Below, one piece after another: positions 44,049 through 53,588 of a stretch of DNA of 64,000 nt. Numbering within the stretch: position 1 is the stretch's first letter; every line of letters begins with the position of its first letter. The notes beneath the pieces are model-generated. The model was not told the origin of the DNA. It did no database searches and saw nothing but the letters and a program-made list of their open reading frames with translations. The stretch covers positions 86,234-150,233 of the forward strand of contig JAZSJH010000005.1 in the NCBI GenBank assembly GCA_045534265.1. Direction: 5' to 3'. The position numbers and the translations under genes were made by a program. Origin of the DNA: Clostridia bacterium (lineage in GTDB: Bacteria > Bacillota > Clostridia > Christensenellales > UBA1242).

Positions 44049-45311
44049 ATGTTTATAGATAAAGTAAAAATTTATATAAAAGCCGGCAATGGTGGCAATG
44101 GTATAGTTTCTTTTCATAGAGAAAAGTATGTTGCAAAAGGTGGTCCAGATGGCGGTAATGGAGGTATGGGCGGTAACATCATCTTTAGAGTAAACAAAGA
44201 CCTAAACAACCTTGTTTCTTTCCACTATAGCAAGCACTTCAGAGCTGCTGATGGTGAAAAAGGCGATAAAAAACGTTGTAATGGTAAAGACGGAAAGTCC
44301 CTTGTTATTGAAGTACCACGTGGCACTATTATTAGAAATGCCGAAAACAACAGAATTATCGAAGACATCTTTGACGAAGGCAAAGACTATGTTGTTTTGA
44401 AAGGCGGTCGTGGCGGTAAGGGTAATGCATTTTTTGCAACTCCTACAAGACAAGCTCCACACTTTAGCCAATCAGGTGAGCAAACAAAAGAATATGCTGT
44501 AATTTTGGAGCTAAAGACAATAGCAGACGTAGGTCTTATTGGTTTTCCAAATGTAGGTAAGAGTACACTTTTGTCAGTTGTTACAAATGCAAATCCAAAG
44601 ATTGCAAATTACCACTTTACAACACTTACACCAAACCTTGGCGTTGTAAAATATTATGACCACGACTTTGTTGTTGCAGATATTCCAGGGCTTATCGAAG
44701 GCGCGTCAGAAGGTCTTGGTTTAGGTCATGACTTTTTGAGACATATCGAAAGAACAAGAATGCTTATTCACGTTGTAGACATCTCAGCAATTGACGGAAG
44801 AAAACCATATGATGATTATGTAACAATAAACAACGAACTTTCTAAATTTAGTGAAAAACTTGCGAAACTTCCACAAATCATTGCTCTAAACAAGTGTGAT
44901 TTGTTGCAAGACAAAAAGGCAGTTGAAGAATTTAGAAGCCATTTTGATAGCAGTGTAAAAATCGTAGAAATATCAGCATTATCTAAGAAAAATGTTAAAG
45001 AACTTATCAAAGAAACATACGACCTTCTTGTTACACTTCCAGAAAGAGAAGCAATCGCTATAGAAGAGTATAACTTTGATGTAAAAGATACAACATCTGT
45101 TAAGATAGAATTTGTGGATAACGTATACGAAGTAAGTGGCGGATATATCGACAACCTTATTCGTAGCGTAGTACTATCAGATTACGCGTCTAATGCCTTC
45201 TTCCAAAAGAGATTAAAAGATGATGGTATTTTGGACAAGCTTAGAGAAAAAGGCGCAAAAAATGGCGATACTGTAAGAATAGGCAATATCGAATTTGAAT
45301 TTGTAGATTAA
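44049..45311 (+). CDS. obg: GTPase Obg
   Basis: Gly-rich Obg fold (GGNGG..GGxGG), G-domain GFPNVGKST and DIPGLIEGA, C-terminal OCT domain. Confidence 0.95.
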   Translation: MFIDKVKIYIKAGNGGNGIVSFHREKYVAKGGPDGGNGGMGGNIIFRVNKDLNNLVSFHYSKHFRAADGEKGDKKRCNGKDGKSLVIEVPRGTIIRNAENNRIIEDIFDEGKDYVVLKGGRGGKGNAFFATPTRQAPHFSQSGEQTKEYAVILELKTIADVGLIGFPNVGKSTLLSVVTNANPKIANYHFTTLTPNLGVVKYYDHDFVVADIPGLIEGASEGLGLGHDFLRHIERTRMLIHVVDISAIDGRKPYDDYVTINNELSKFSEKLAKLPQIIALNKCDLLQDKKAVEEFRSHFDSSVKIVEISALSKKNVKELIKETYDLLVTLPEREAIAIEEYNFDVKDTTSVKIEFVDNVYEVSGGYIDNLIRSVVLSDYASNAFFQKRLKDDGILDKLREKGAKNGDTVRIGNIEFEFVD

Positions 45312-45325
45312 AGGAAGGAATAAAA

Positions 45326-45625
45326 ATGTTAAACTCAAAACAAAGAGCTATGATAAAAAAACATATGGCACAAGAGCCAGCAGTTTGCTTTGTAGGTAAA
45401 GAAGGTCTTAGCGAAAATTGTATTACAAGCATAACTCAAGCATTGACTGCAAGAGAAGCAATAAAAATCGCCGTACTTCAAAACTGCGACCTAACAGCAA
45501 GAGAAGTAGCTGACGAAATTGAAAAGACAATCAAAGCAGATATCGTATCAGTTATGGGCAAAAAGATTATTGTATACAAATATTCTGCTCACGCCAAAAA
45601 GCATATTGACATTAGCTGTCAATAG
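45326..45625 (+). CDS. yhbY: YhbY-like CRM-domain RNA-binding protein
   Basis: 99 aa with the GKEGLS motif. Follows obg. Confidence 0.75.
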   Translation: MLNSKQRAMIKKHMAQEPAVCFVGKEGLSENCITSITQALTAREAIKIAVLQNCDLTAREVADEIEKTIKADIVSVMGKKIIVYKYSAHAKKHIDISCQ

Positions 45626-46382
45626 CCCTAAAAGGTTCAAATACACAAACAAGAGCGAATAAAAATAGTACTAAACTAAACACTAAATAATAGTTTTTGA
45701 ACGGATACAAAAAACTAAAAATAAATATCAAAATCCCATTTATAAAATACCCTTTGGCTTTACTTTTGGAAAAAGCAATTTTCACAATACTTTTTAGGGT
45801 ATTTTTGGTGGGATTTTTTTGTTTTATATCAAGAGAAGGCAAGGCGGCTTTATCTTTTATATATTCAAAATATAATTTATCCACAGACAAAAATTCAACT
45901 TCTACATCAATCCCCGATAAAAAATCTTTGAGCTGTGGTGATATACCATTTGCTACAATATACTTTTTTTTGCTAGACGAAAAAATTGAGCACCGAATTC
46001 GGTTTACATCAAAAAGTGTAAGTTCAGGTTTTGAAAAATCAATGTAATATACACAATCTTCACTTTCTACGCCAAAGGTCTGTATTTTACCATTAAGGAC
46101 GGTTTTTAGGTATTCTAAAGCAAATATAGAGCCACCGCAGATAAGATTTTTAGTTAGTTTTGAGATATTTTCTAGGTCTTGTTTTTTTGCTAAGTTGTAA
46201 TTTTGCCTTTTTGTAAATATAGTTTTGATAACTATAAAAAGCATAAAACCTAATGCAAAGCTAGATAAAAAACACAAAATTCTGCTTTTTATAAAATAAC
46301 TCAAAACAACAAAACTAATAAAAAACAAAATTGTGTACAAAAATAAATAGTCAATTCTTTTAATTATAAGAGTTCTTTTCAT
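45612..46382 (-). CDS. hypothetical membrane protein
   Basis: 256-aa ORF with N- and C-terminal TM helices. 3' end overlaps yhbY by 14 nt (convergent). Confidence 0.5.
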   Translation of the reverse strand: MKRTLIIKRIDYLFLYTILFFISFVVLSYFIKSRILCFLSSFALGFMLFIVIKTIFTKRQNYNLAKKQDLENISKLTKNLICGGSIFALEYLKTVLNGKIQTFGVESEDCVYYIDFSKPELTLFDVNRIRCSIFSSSKKKYIVANGISPQLKDFLSGIDVEVEFLSVDKLYFEYIKDKAALPSLDIKQKNPTKNTLKSIVKIAFSKSKAKGYFINGILIFIFSFLYPFKNYYLVFSLVLFLFALVCVFEPFRAIDS

Positions 46383-46469
46383 ACCATATTTTGGTCAAAA
46401 TAAATAAGAGTTAAACATTTTGTTTGCTTTTTTGAGCAAAAAGATATATTATAACTTTAGGAGATAATT

Positions 46470-47063
46470 ATGGACATATTTGACAACGTAGTTTTGGCTT
46501 GCAAAGCCCTTAATGATATGAAAGCAACAAACATTGTAGTTTGTGATGTTTCTAAACTTGCGTCTATTTCTAAATACTTTGTAATTGCCACATCTACAAG
46601 CAATGTCCAAGGTAGAGCTGCGGCAAATTCTGTTTGCGAAGTTTTGGCTCAAAATGATGTAGAAATTCTTTGCAAAGAAGGCGGAGAACAAAGTGATTGG
46701 GTATGCATTGACTGCTACGATTTTGTTGTTCATATTATGACAAGTGACGTAAGAGAGCATTATAACCTTGACAAACTTTGGGGTGATGGAAAAAATACTA
46801 AAAAGTATGAAACTATCTTAAAAGACCTTGAGCAAAAGGCAAAAAAGGCTGAGAAAAAATCAAATAAACAACAAAAATCAGCTCAAAAAACAGCTGCAAA
46901 AAAAGAGATAAAAGAAAAGAAAGCTACTACAAAAACCGCAAAAAAACAAGCCAAGCAAGAAAAGGCTATAAAAGAAAAGAAAGTCAAAGAGCCAAAAGAA
47001 CCTAAGGCCAAAAAAGACACCGCAAAAAAGCCAGCTAAAAGACAACCAAAACAAGCTAAGTAG
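46470..47063 (+). CDS. rsfS: ribosome silencing factor RsfS with Lys-rich C-terminal tail
   Basis: RsfS core of ~110 aa (DYFVIATSTS..., VVHIM) followed by a ~85-aa KKxxK tail. Confidence 0.8.
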   Translation: MDIFDNVVLACKALNDMKATNIVVCDVSKLASISKYFVIATSTSNVQGRAAANSVCEVLAQNDVEILCKEGGEQSDWVCIDCYDFVVHIMTSDVREHYNLDKLWGDGKNTKKYETILKDLEQKAKKAEKKSNKQQKSAQKTAAKKEIKEKKATTKTAKKQAKQEKAIKEKKVKEPKEPKAKKDTAKKPAKRQPKQAK

Positions 47064-47085
47064 TATATATTTATAATAAATAGCC

Positions 47086-47113
47086 AAAAGTCCTACTATG
47101 TAGGACTTTTTTT
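47086..47113 (+). terminator. intrinsic terminator
   Basis: AGTCCTA/TAGGACT stem (47089-47095/47101-47107) followed by T7. Confidence 0.65.
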
Positions 47114-47162
47114 GTCTAAAATATTTGTAAGTATTTGACTAAATTTGTTATAATCTAAGTGT

Positions 47163-48440
47163 ATGGATTTAACAATTATCGAAAGTATACAAAGTGTAAG
47201 AACACCATTTTTTGATTATGTATTTAATGTTCTTACTCATATGGGTGATATAGCATTCTTTATTGTCGTTTTTGCTATATTTTTTTGGATTTATGACAAA
47301 AAGTTTGCTGTAAACTTTGCCCTAAACTATGGTATAATATCAATATTCAACAGTCTTGCACTAAAAAATATTTTTAGAAGGACAAGGCCTTTATACAATA
47401 GCTCAAAATTCCCGCCATATAGCGGATATCCAACTAGCTATTCGTTCCCGTCTGGACATTCCGCCGCCATTGGTAGTATTTCGGCGTATACAATGTACGA
47501 AACAATAGCTAAGAAAAACAAAAAGGCTTTTAACATTTTGCTCCCACTTTCTATTGTTTCATGTTTGATTGTGGGCTTTTCTAGAATGTACCTTGGCGTG
47601 CATTATCTAACTGACGTATTAGTAGGTCTTGCTATAGGCTGGGGAGTGTCTTATGTTTTGTTTAGATTTGTAAAAATCACAAACGAAAAAAATTATAAAT
47701 GGTTTTTGATTATAGTTCCAGTTTATATTGTTTTGCTAATAGTTATGGATAGCGATACAATTTCTATGTTCGGTAGTTTTGCTGCCAGCGTTGTTCTTGG
47801 TATTGTTATCGAAAACAAATTTATACAATACGACATCAAAAAATATAGTAACATCTGGCTAAAACTTTTGATAGGAATATCTATTTTGGGAGTTATAGCG
47901 ATAGGATTTTATTTTGTTCCAAATAATAAATATCTATTTGCGCTAGAGTATATTTTGTATGGTCTTGCGACCACGACACTTGTACCATACATATTTAGCA
48001 AGCTAAAGGGAAAAGACAAGATGATAACAAACAGCGAAAAAGAAACAGAAAAATTGGCAAAAGAAATTGCCTTAAAACTAAAAGGCGGAGAAGTAATACT
48101 TCTAAATGGCGACTTGGGCTCTGGCAAGTCTGTTTTTGCACGTGGTTTTATTGGGGCTTTGGGTGTAAAAGAGCCTGTTACCAGTCCTACATTTACAATA
48201 GTTAACAAATATGTCTCAAGCAAGTGTAATATTTATCACTTTGATATGTATAGACTAGAAGACGAAGAAGAAGCTTTAGCTGCAGGGCTTGATGAATTGA
48301 TTGATGAGCCGGGCTCTATAAAACTTATTGAGTGGCCAGAAAAAGCCGAAAACATACTTCCAAAAGATGTTATTGTTATAAACATAACTAAACTTAGTGA
48401 CACTTCAAGAAAGTTTGATATAAAAGGAATTGAGATTTAA
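47163..48440 (+). CDS. tsaE: PAP2 phosphatase domain in frame with TsaE (t6A ATPase)
   Basis: PAP2 motifs SFPSGHS and SRMYLGVHYLTDV in a multi-TM N-half. The C-terminal 139 aa carry GDLGSGKS and TSPTF (TsaE). An in-frame ATG at 48021 is preceded by AAAGGGAAAAG. Confidence 0.7.
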   Translation: MDLTIIESIQSVRTPFFDYVFNVLTHMGDIAFFIVVFAIFFWIYDKKFAVNFALNYGIISIFNSLALKNIFRRTRPLYNSSKFPPYSGYPTSYSFPSGHSAAIGSISAYTMYETIAKKNKKAFNILLPLSIVSCLIVGFSRMYLGVHYLTDVLVGLAIGWGVSYVLFRFVKITNEKNYKWFLIIVPVYIVLLIVMDSDTISMFGSFAASVVLGIVIENKFIQYDIKKYSNIWLKLLIGISILGVIAIGFYFVPNNKYLFALEYILYGLATTTLVPYIFSKLKGKDKMITNSEKETEKLAKEIALKLKGGEVILLNGDLGSGKSVFARGFIGALGVKEPVTSPTFTIVNKYVSSKCNIYHFDMYRLEDEEEALAAGLDELIDEPGSIKLIEWPEKAENILPKDVIVINITKLSDTSRKFDIKGIEI

Positions 48441-49078
48441 TGAATACTTTACTTATGGATACTTCATCTTCTAATATGCTTGTGGGGCTGAACGCTAGTG
48501 GCAACTTGATAGAAGGTGAAAAGTTTGAAACCAGCAAGCATTTGGAAACTTTGATGCCTGCCGTTGATAAACTTTTGACACAAAAAGACTTTGATATAGC
48601 AAACATTGATTATATCGGTGTTGTTGTGGGGCCGGGGTCTTTTACTGGGATTAGAATTGCAGTCTCAACAGCAAAAGCTATGATGATGGTAAATAAAAAA
48701 ATAAAAGCCGTTGCAGTCAATAGCCTAGAGCTTATGGCAAGAAGCTATTACAAAAACAAAGGCTTTAACCAAAACATTATGTGCGTTATCCCAACCACAA
48801 TCAAAAAAGTATATTATGCAAAATTTAGCGTAGATAATAGATTGTGCGAAGATGGTATATGTGAAGTAGAGAATATAGAAAGCATAAGTCAAGGTTTTGA
48901 CATAATAACTAGCAAAGATATATTAGGAAAAGACAAAGTATATGAAGTTACCACAAAAGACCTAAATGACTATGTAGAAGAAAAAATATTAGACAAAGAT
49001 TTTGCAGACAAATTGTCTCCACAATATATTGGTCTTAGCCAAGCCGAAGAGCAGCTAAAACAAAAGGAGAATAAATAA
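48440..49078 (+). CDS. tsaB: tRNA t6A biosynthesis protein TsaB
   Basis: GPGSFTGIRIAVSTAKA block. Start overlaps the tsaE stop. Confidence 0.85.
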   Translation: MNTLLMDTSSSNMLVGLNASGNLIEGEKFETSKHLETLMPAVDKLLTQKDFDIANIDYIGVVVGPGSFTGIRIAVSTAKAMMMVNKKIKAVAVNSLELMARSYYKNKGFNQNIMCVIPTTIKKVYYAKFSVDNRLCEDGICEVENIESISQGFDIITSKDILGKDKVYEVTTKDLNDYVEEKILDKDFADKLSPQYIGLSQAEEQLKQKENK

Positions 49079-49521
49079 TGGCAGAAATCGAAATTTACAG
49101 AGCGGACGACAGACACTTTGACCAAATGTATGACGTACACAAAGAATGCTTTGCTGATGAAGCAATGAACGAAGGGCTTTTTATGGAAGAAGTAGAAGGC
49201 GATTCTAGAGTTTACTTTGTGGCATTGGACGGAGATAAGGTTGTAGGTTATGCCGGAGCTTGGAATACAGGTACAGATTATTCTATTATAAGCGTAGCTG
49301 TAACCGAAAATTATAGAAAAAGCGGCATTGCTGTAAGGCTTCTTAATAGACTTGTGGCTGATGCTAAGAAAAAAGAGATTTATTCGGTATCGCTTGAAGT
49401 TAGCGAAAAGAATATCCCCGCAATAAACCTTTACAAAAAACTTGGTTTTATCACAACTAACGTAAGAAAATCATATTATAAGAATAATACTGCAGCATAT
49501 ATTATGTGGCTATATTTATAG
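49078..49521 (+). CDS. rimI: ribosomal-protein-alanine N-acetyltransferase (GNAT)
   Basis: GNAT fold motifs. Conserved tsaB-rimI order. Confidence 0.75.
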   Translation: MAEIEIYRADDRHFDQMYDVHKECFADEAMNEGLFMEEVEGDSRVYFVALDGDKVVGYAGAWNTGTDYSIISVAVTENYRKSGIAVRLLNRLVADAKKKEIYSVSLEVSEKNIPAINLYKKLGFITTNVRKSYYKNNTAAYIMWLYL

Positions 49522-49530
49522 GAGTAATTA

Positions 49531-50256
49531 TTGTTTATAATATACAGAGAGCGTAAAGTTTATTATACCAAAACAAAAGGTGATGGATATCCTACACTGT
49601 TTTTGCACGGGTGGGGCGGTTCAACCCAAAGTTTTGAATATTTTGCAAAAGAATATAATGCAATTTTGGTGGATTTTCCACCCTTTGGCAAGTCTCAAGA
49701 GCCAAAGTATACATATACGCTTGATGACTATATAGAAATTATAAACAAAATTTTAACTAAAGAAAAAATATCAAAAGTAAACCTTGTTGCTCATTCTTTT
49801 GGCGGTAGGGTGGCAATAGCGCTGGCTAGGCAAGGAATTGTAAATAAACTCGTTTTAACGGGTAGTGCCGGGCTTAAACCAAGGGCTAGCATAAAGAAAT
49901 CATTTGCAAAATTTAGATACAAAATAGCCAAGTTTTTAGTTAAATCTCGACTAAGGGATAAAAGCTATCTTGATAAATTTGGTAGTAGTGATTACAAAGC
50001 TTTGGGCAGCAAAATGAAAAAAACTTTTGTAAATATCGTAAACTTTTATCAAAATGATATGCTAAAAGATATAAAATGTGCTACACTTTTGGTATGGGGT
50101 GGCAAAGATAATCAAACTCCACTATATATGGCTAAAACCTTTGAAAAAAGCATTAAAGACAGTGGTCTTGTTGTTTTTGAGGGGTGTGGTCATTTTGCCT
50201 ATGTCGAAAAGGCATTTGAGTTCAAAAAAATATTAAATAATTTTTTTAAGGATTAA
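49531..50256 (+). CDS. alpha/beta hydrolase
   Basis: LHGWGGS and nucleophile elbow AHSFGG. Confidence 0.7.
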   Translation: MFIIYRERKVYYTKTKGDGYPTLFLHGWGGSTQSFEYFAKEYNAILVDFPPFGKSQEPKYTYTLDDYIEIINKILTKEKISKVNLVAHSFGGRVAIALARQGIVNKLVLTGSAGLKPRASIKKSFAKFRYKIAKFLVKSRLRDKSYLDKFGSSDYKALGSKMKKTFVNIVNFYQNDMLKDIKCATLLVWGGKDNQTPLYMAKTFEKSIKDSGLVVFEGCGHFAYVEKAFEFKKILNNFFKD

Positions 50257-50258
50257 TT

Positions 50259-51905
50259 ATGCAATTTTTTTCACCAACAAATATTAATATGTACATAGCA
50301 ATAGCACTATCAGTAATTAACGGCGTGCTACTTTGTTTTGCTTCGTACAAATTTTTCCAAATAATTCAGCTTACAGGTTATAGAGTAAAGGGCTACTTCT
50401 TGTGGCTAAAAGATACCAAGGCAAAATATATCTTCCGTATATTTATGCTTGCATTTTTGAGTGTAACTTGCTCTGTTGTTGCCAATGTTTTGTTTGATAT
50501 GTTTGACTCAAACTATCTTTACTCATATATAGGTTTGATATTCTATTTTTACTTTTCTATTGTATTTATCAACAACCTATATTCTGCACCAAAGAAAGTT
50601 CCGCTAAAAAATACAGCACGTATGTCTAGACTAAATGTTGCAATGTTTATCTTTATTGCGGGTATCACCTTTATATTAATTGCTGTATTTACTGAATTGG
50701 GCGAATATTCACAATTTTTTGAAATATTTAAGTTTAGTGTTATATGCTTGACCCCACTGATGTTACCTGTGCTTGTACCGATTGTGCATTTGGTTATGGT
50801 TCCTATCGAAAAACTTATTGCTCAAAGATATATTATAGAGGCAAAAGTTCACCTAAAACACCACCCAGAGCTTATCAAAATTGGTATTACAGGAAGCTAT
50901 GGCAAAACAAGTACAAAATATATGCTAAATAGCATTTTGTCAAAAAAATACAATGTTTGTATGACACCACATAGTTTTAACACAATGATAGGCTTGTCAA
51001 AGGTAGTTAATGACTATTTAACTCCAGAAAATCAAGTTTTGATTGCAGAGATGGGTGCAAGAAATGTTGGTGATATACGCAAATTAACTGAATTTATCAA
51101 TCCAAAGTATGCAATTATAACCAATATTGGTAGTCAACATATGTTGTCATTTGGCAGTGCCGAAAATATCGAAAAGACAAAATACGAATTAATCGAAGGG
51201 CTTCCTGAAGACGGCTATGCAATATTCTTTGGCGAAAATGAGGGTAGTGTAAGATTATATGATAAATGCCCATGTGCAAAGGAAGTTGTTGGTAACGCCC
51301 TTAATAGCAAAATTAGAGCATCAAATATTAAAACAACAACCAAAGGAACAACTTTTACACTAACTGTAGATGGCGAAGATTATAATATGCAAACCAAACT
51401 TATTGGAAAGCACAATGTAAACAACTTGCTACTTTGTGTTGCTATGGCTCTAAAACTTGAACTTACTATGGACGAAATAAAATCTGCCGTTGCTGAGCTA
51501 AAACCTGTTCCACACCGACTTGAGATAAAAGAAAACAATGGTATAACAATTATTGATGATTCTTATAACGCAAGTGTTGAAGGAGTAGAGGCTGCCCTTG
51601 ATGTGTTGTCAAAATTTTCTTCAAATAAAATTGTTATAACTCCAGGGCTTGTTGAGCTTGGAAAGATAGAAAAAGAAGAAAATGCAAACTTTGGCGAAAA
51701 ACTAGCAAAGGTTGCAGATATTGTAATTATTGTGAACCAAGTCAATATGCAAGAGATTAAACAAGGTCTTGAAAGCAAAAAGTTTGATATGGAAAAAGTT
51801 TTCTGTGTGGATACACTTAATGACGCTAAGAAAAAACTACAAGAGATAGTAAAACCTGGAGATACAGTTTTATTTGAAAACGACCTTCCAGATAACTATA
51901 TGTAA
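50259..51905 (+). CDS. murF: UDP-MurNAc-tripeptide--D-Ala-D-Ala ligase with N-terminal multi-TM extension
   Basis: Mur-ligase P-loop GITGSYGKTSTK and C-terminal Mur domains. The first ~185 aa are hydrophobic helices. ddl follows. Confidence 0.8.
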   Translation: MQFFSPTNINMYIAIALSVINGVLLCFASYKFFQIIQLTGYRVKGYFLWLKDTKAKYIFRIFMLAFLSVTCSVVANVLFDMFDSNYLYSYIGLIFYFYFSIVFINNLYSAPKKVPLKNTARMSRLNVAMFIFIAGITFILIAVFTELGEYSQFFEIFKFSVICLTPLMLPVLVPIVHLVMVPIEKLIAQRYIIEAKVHLKHHPELIKIGITGSYGKTSTKYMLNSILSKKYNVCMTPHSFNTMIGLSKVVNDYLTPENQVLIAEMGARNVGDIRKLTEFINPKYAIITNIGSQHMLSFGSAENIEKTKYELIEGLPEDGYAIFFGENEGSVRLYDKCPCAKEVVGNALNSKIRASNIKTTTKGTTFTLTVDGEDYNMQTKLIGKHNVNNLLLCVAMALKLELTMDEIKSAVAELKPVPHRLEIKENNGITIIDDSYNASVEGVEAALDVLSKFSSNKIVITPGLVELGKIEKEENANFGEKLAKVADIVIIVNQVNMQEIKQGLESKKFDMEKVFCVDTLNDAKKKLQEIVKPGDTVLFENDLPDNYM

Positions 51906-51965
51906 TATTTAATTTTTCTTACAAAAGATAAAAATTTTATTGTGATATTTTGTAAGGAGAATTTT

Positions 51966-53108
51966 ATGAAAAACATCTTGATTGTTATGGGCGGCGTTAG
52001 TACCGAACACGACATTTCGCTGATCACCGGCGTACAAACGATAAACAATATTGATAAAACAAAATATGCCATTTACCCTGTTGTAATTGATAAGCAGGGG
52101 AAGTGGCATTTTTCTTTTGACTTTGTGTCAGTAGATAATATTGTTAGATATTTTTCAAATCAAAAAAAACAAAACGAAGCAGTGTTGATGCAGGATAAAA
52201 TTTTGTATATAAAAAAGAAAAACAAGCTCAAAAAAGCAGGTAGTATTGATTGTGTAATTTTGTGCTGCCACGGGGGAACGGGCGAAAATGGGGCTTTGAC
52301 GGGCTTATTTGAGTGCATAGGGCTTCCGGTTGTGTCTCCAAACCACACTTTGAGTGGAATTTTTATGGATAAATCACTTTCAAAAATCATCTTTGAAAAG
52401 TTAAATATTGACAGCCCAAAATATATGTTGGTCGATAGAGAAAACTATCTTAAAAATGAAAAGGATATTAAAAAAGAAATTTTCGAAGAAATAAGTTTTC
52501 CTTGTGTAGTTAAGCCTTGCCTTGGTGGTAGCAGTATAGGTATAACTATTGCAAAAACAAAAAAAGATTTTGATAGTTCTTTAGATAATGCTTTTATTTA
52601 TGACAATAGAGTGATAGTCGAAAAAGCGGTTGATAATTTGTATGAACTTAATATCGCTGTTATGAAGTGTGATGGGAAACTTATGCTTTCGCAGATAGAA
52701 AAACCTTGCAATAAAAACAAACTACTTTCTTTTGATGATAAGTACATATCAAGCGGAAAGTCAGGTCTTAACAATATGGGGCGGCAACTTCCTGCTGTTA
52801 TATCTCCAGAACAAAAAAGCTATATAGAAGATGCTTCTGCAAAATTATATAGTGAGTATATAAAAAGCGGTGTGTGCCGTATAGACTATCTTGTAGATAG
52901 CAAAACGCAAAAAGTATATATAGGAGAAGTAAACACAATACCGGGGTCAATGTCTTTTTATTTATGGCAAAAGCTTTTTGGTGAGATTTTAGATGGGTTA
53001 ATCAATCAAGCTATTGTTGACTTTGAGAGTGAAAACAAACTCCAAAAAAGTTTTTCTTCTTGTGTTTTAGATAAATTTAGTCGTGGCTCAAAAATGTCCA
53101 AACTATAA
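51966..53108 (+). CDS. ddl: D-alanine--D-alanine ligase
   Basis: MKNILIVMGGVSTEHDISL N-terminus and ATP-grasp core. ATG at 51966. Confidence 0.9.
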   Translation: MKNILIVMGGVSTEHDISLITGVQTINNIDKTKYAIYPVVIDKQGKWHFSFDFVSVDNIVRYFSNQKKQNEAVLMQDKILYIKKKNKLKKAGSIDCVILCCHGGTGENGALTGLFECIGLPVVSPNHTLSGIFMDKSLSKIIFEKLNIDSPKYMLVDRENYLKNEKDIKKEIFEEISFPCVVKPCLGGSSIGITIAKTKKDFDSSLDNAFIYDNRVIVEKAVDNLYELNIAVMKCDGKLMLSQIEKPCNKNKLLSFDDKYISSGKSGLNNMGRQLPAVISPEQKSYIEDASAKLYSEYIKSGVCRIDYLVDSKTQKVYIGEVNTIPGSMSFYLWQKLFGEILDGLINQAIVDFESENKLQKSFSSCVLDKFSRGSKMSKL

Positions 53109-53408
53109 ATTTAATTTTTTACAAAGGTTATCTGTAAGGGTAGACTTGTTATTTACAAGAAGCCCCTTTAGATAACTTTTTTCGTCTATTGTAAGAAATG
53201 TAGTGTCTAGTTTGTATTCTTTATCTATACCAATTCCACCATTTTTGCCAAGATAGGTCTTGGTAGGAACGCCAGCGCATTCTAAATAGTCTAGATACCT
53301 GTATATTGTGCGGGGGCTAACTTCGTACTTTTCGGCAAGATATTTCGCAGGCACCCTGTCTTGTCGCAAAAGTTCTAAAAGTATTGAGATTATAAGATAT
53401 ATTTTCAT
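53103..53408 (-). CDS. small HTH-domain transcriptional regulator
   Basis: N-terminal HTH (AKYLAEKYEVSPRTIYRYLDYLE). 101 aa. Confidence 0.65.
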   Translation of the reverse strand: MKIYLIISILLELLRQDRVPAKYLAEKYEVSPRTIYRYLDYLECAGVPTKTYLGKNGGIGIDKEYKLDTTFLTIDEKSYLKGLLVNNKSTLTDNLCKKLNL

Positions 53409-53588
53409 ACTAAGCCCCCCCTTTCACTTATATTATATCTTAGTTTGTGTACTTTTTTTGTCACATAAAAGGGGCTATTTGTATTGTTTATAATTTAACT
53501 ATATATAGATATAATTTACAAAAATTAGTTATTGAAAAAGGGATTTTTATATGTTATACTAAAAGTAGTTTAATAGGCAGGTGATTTT

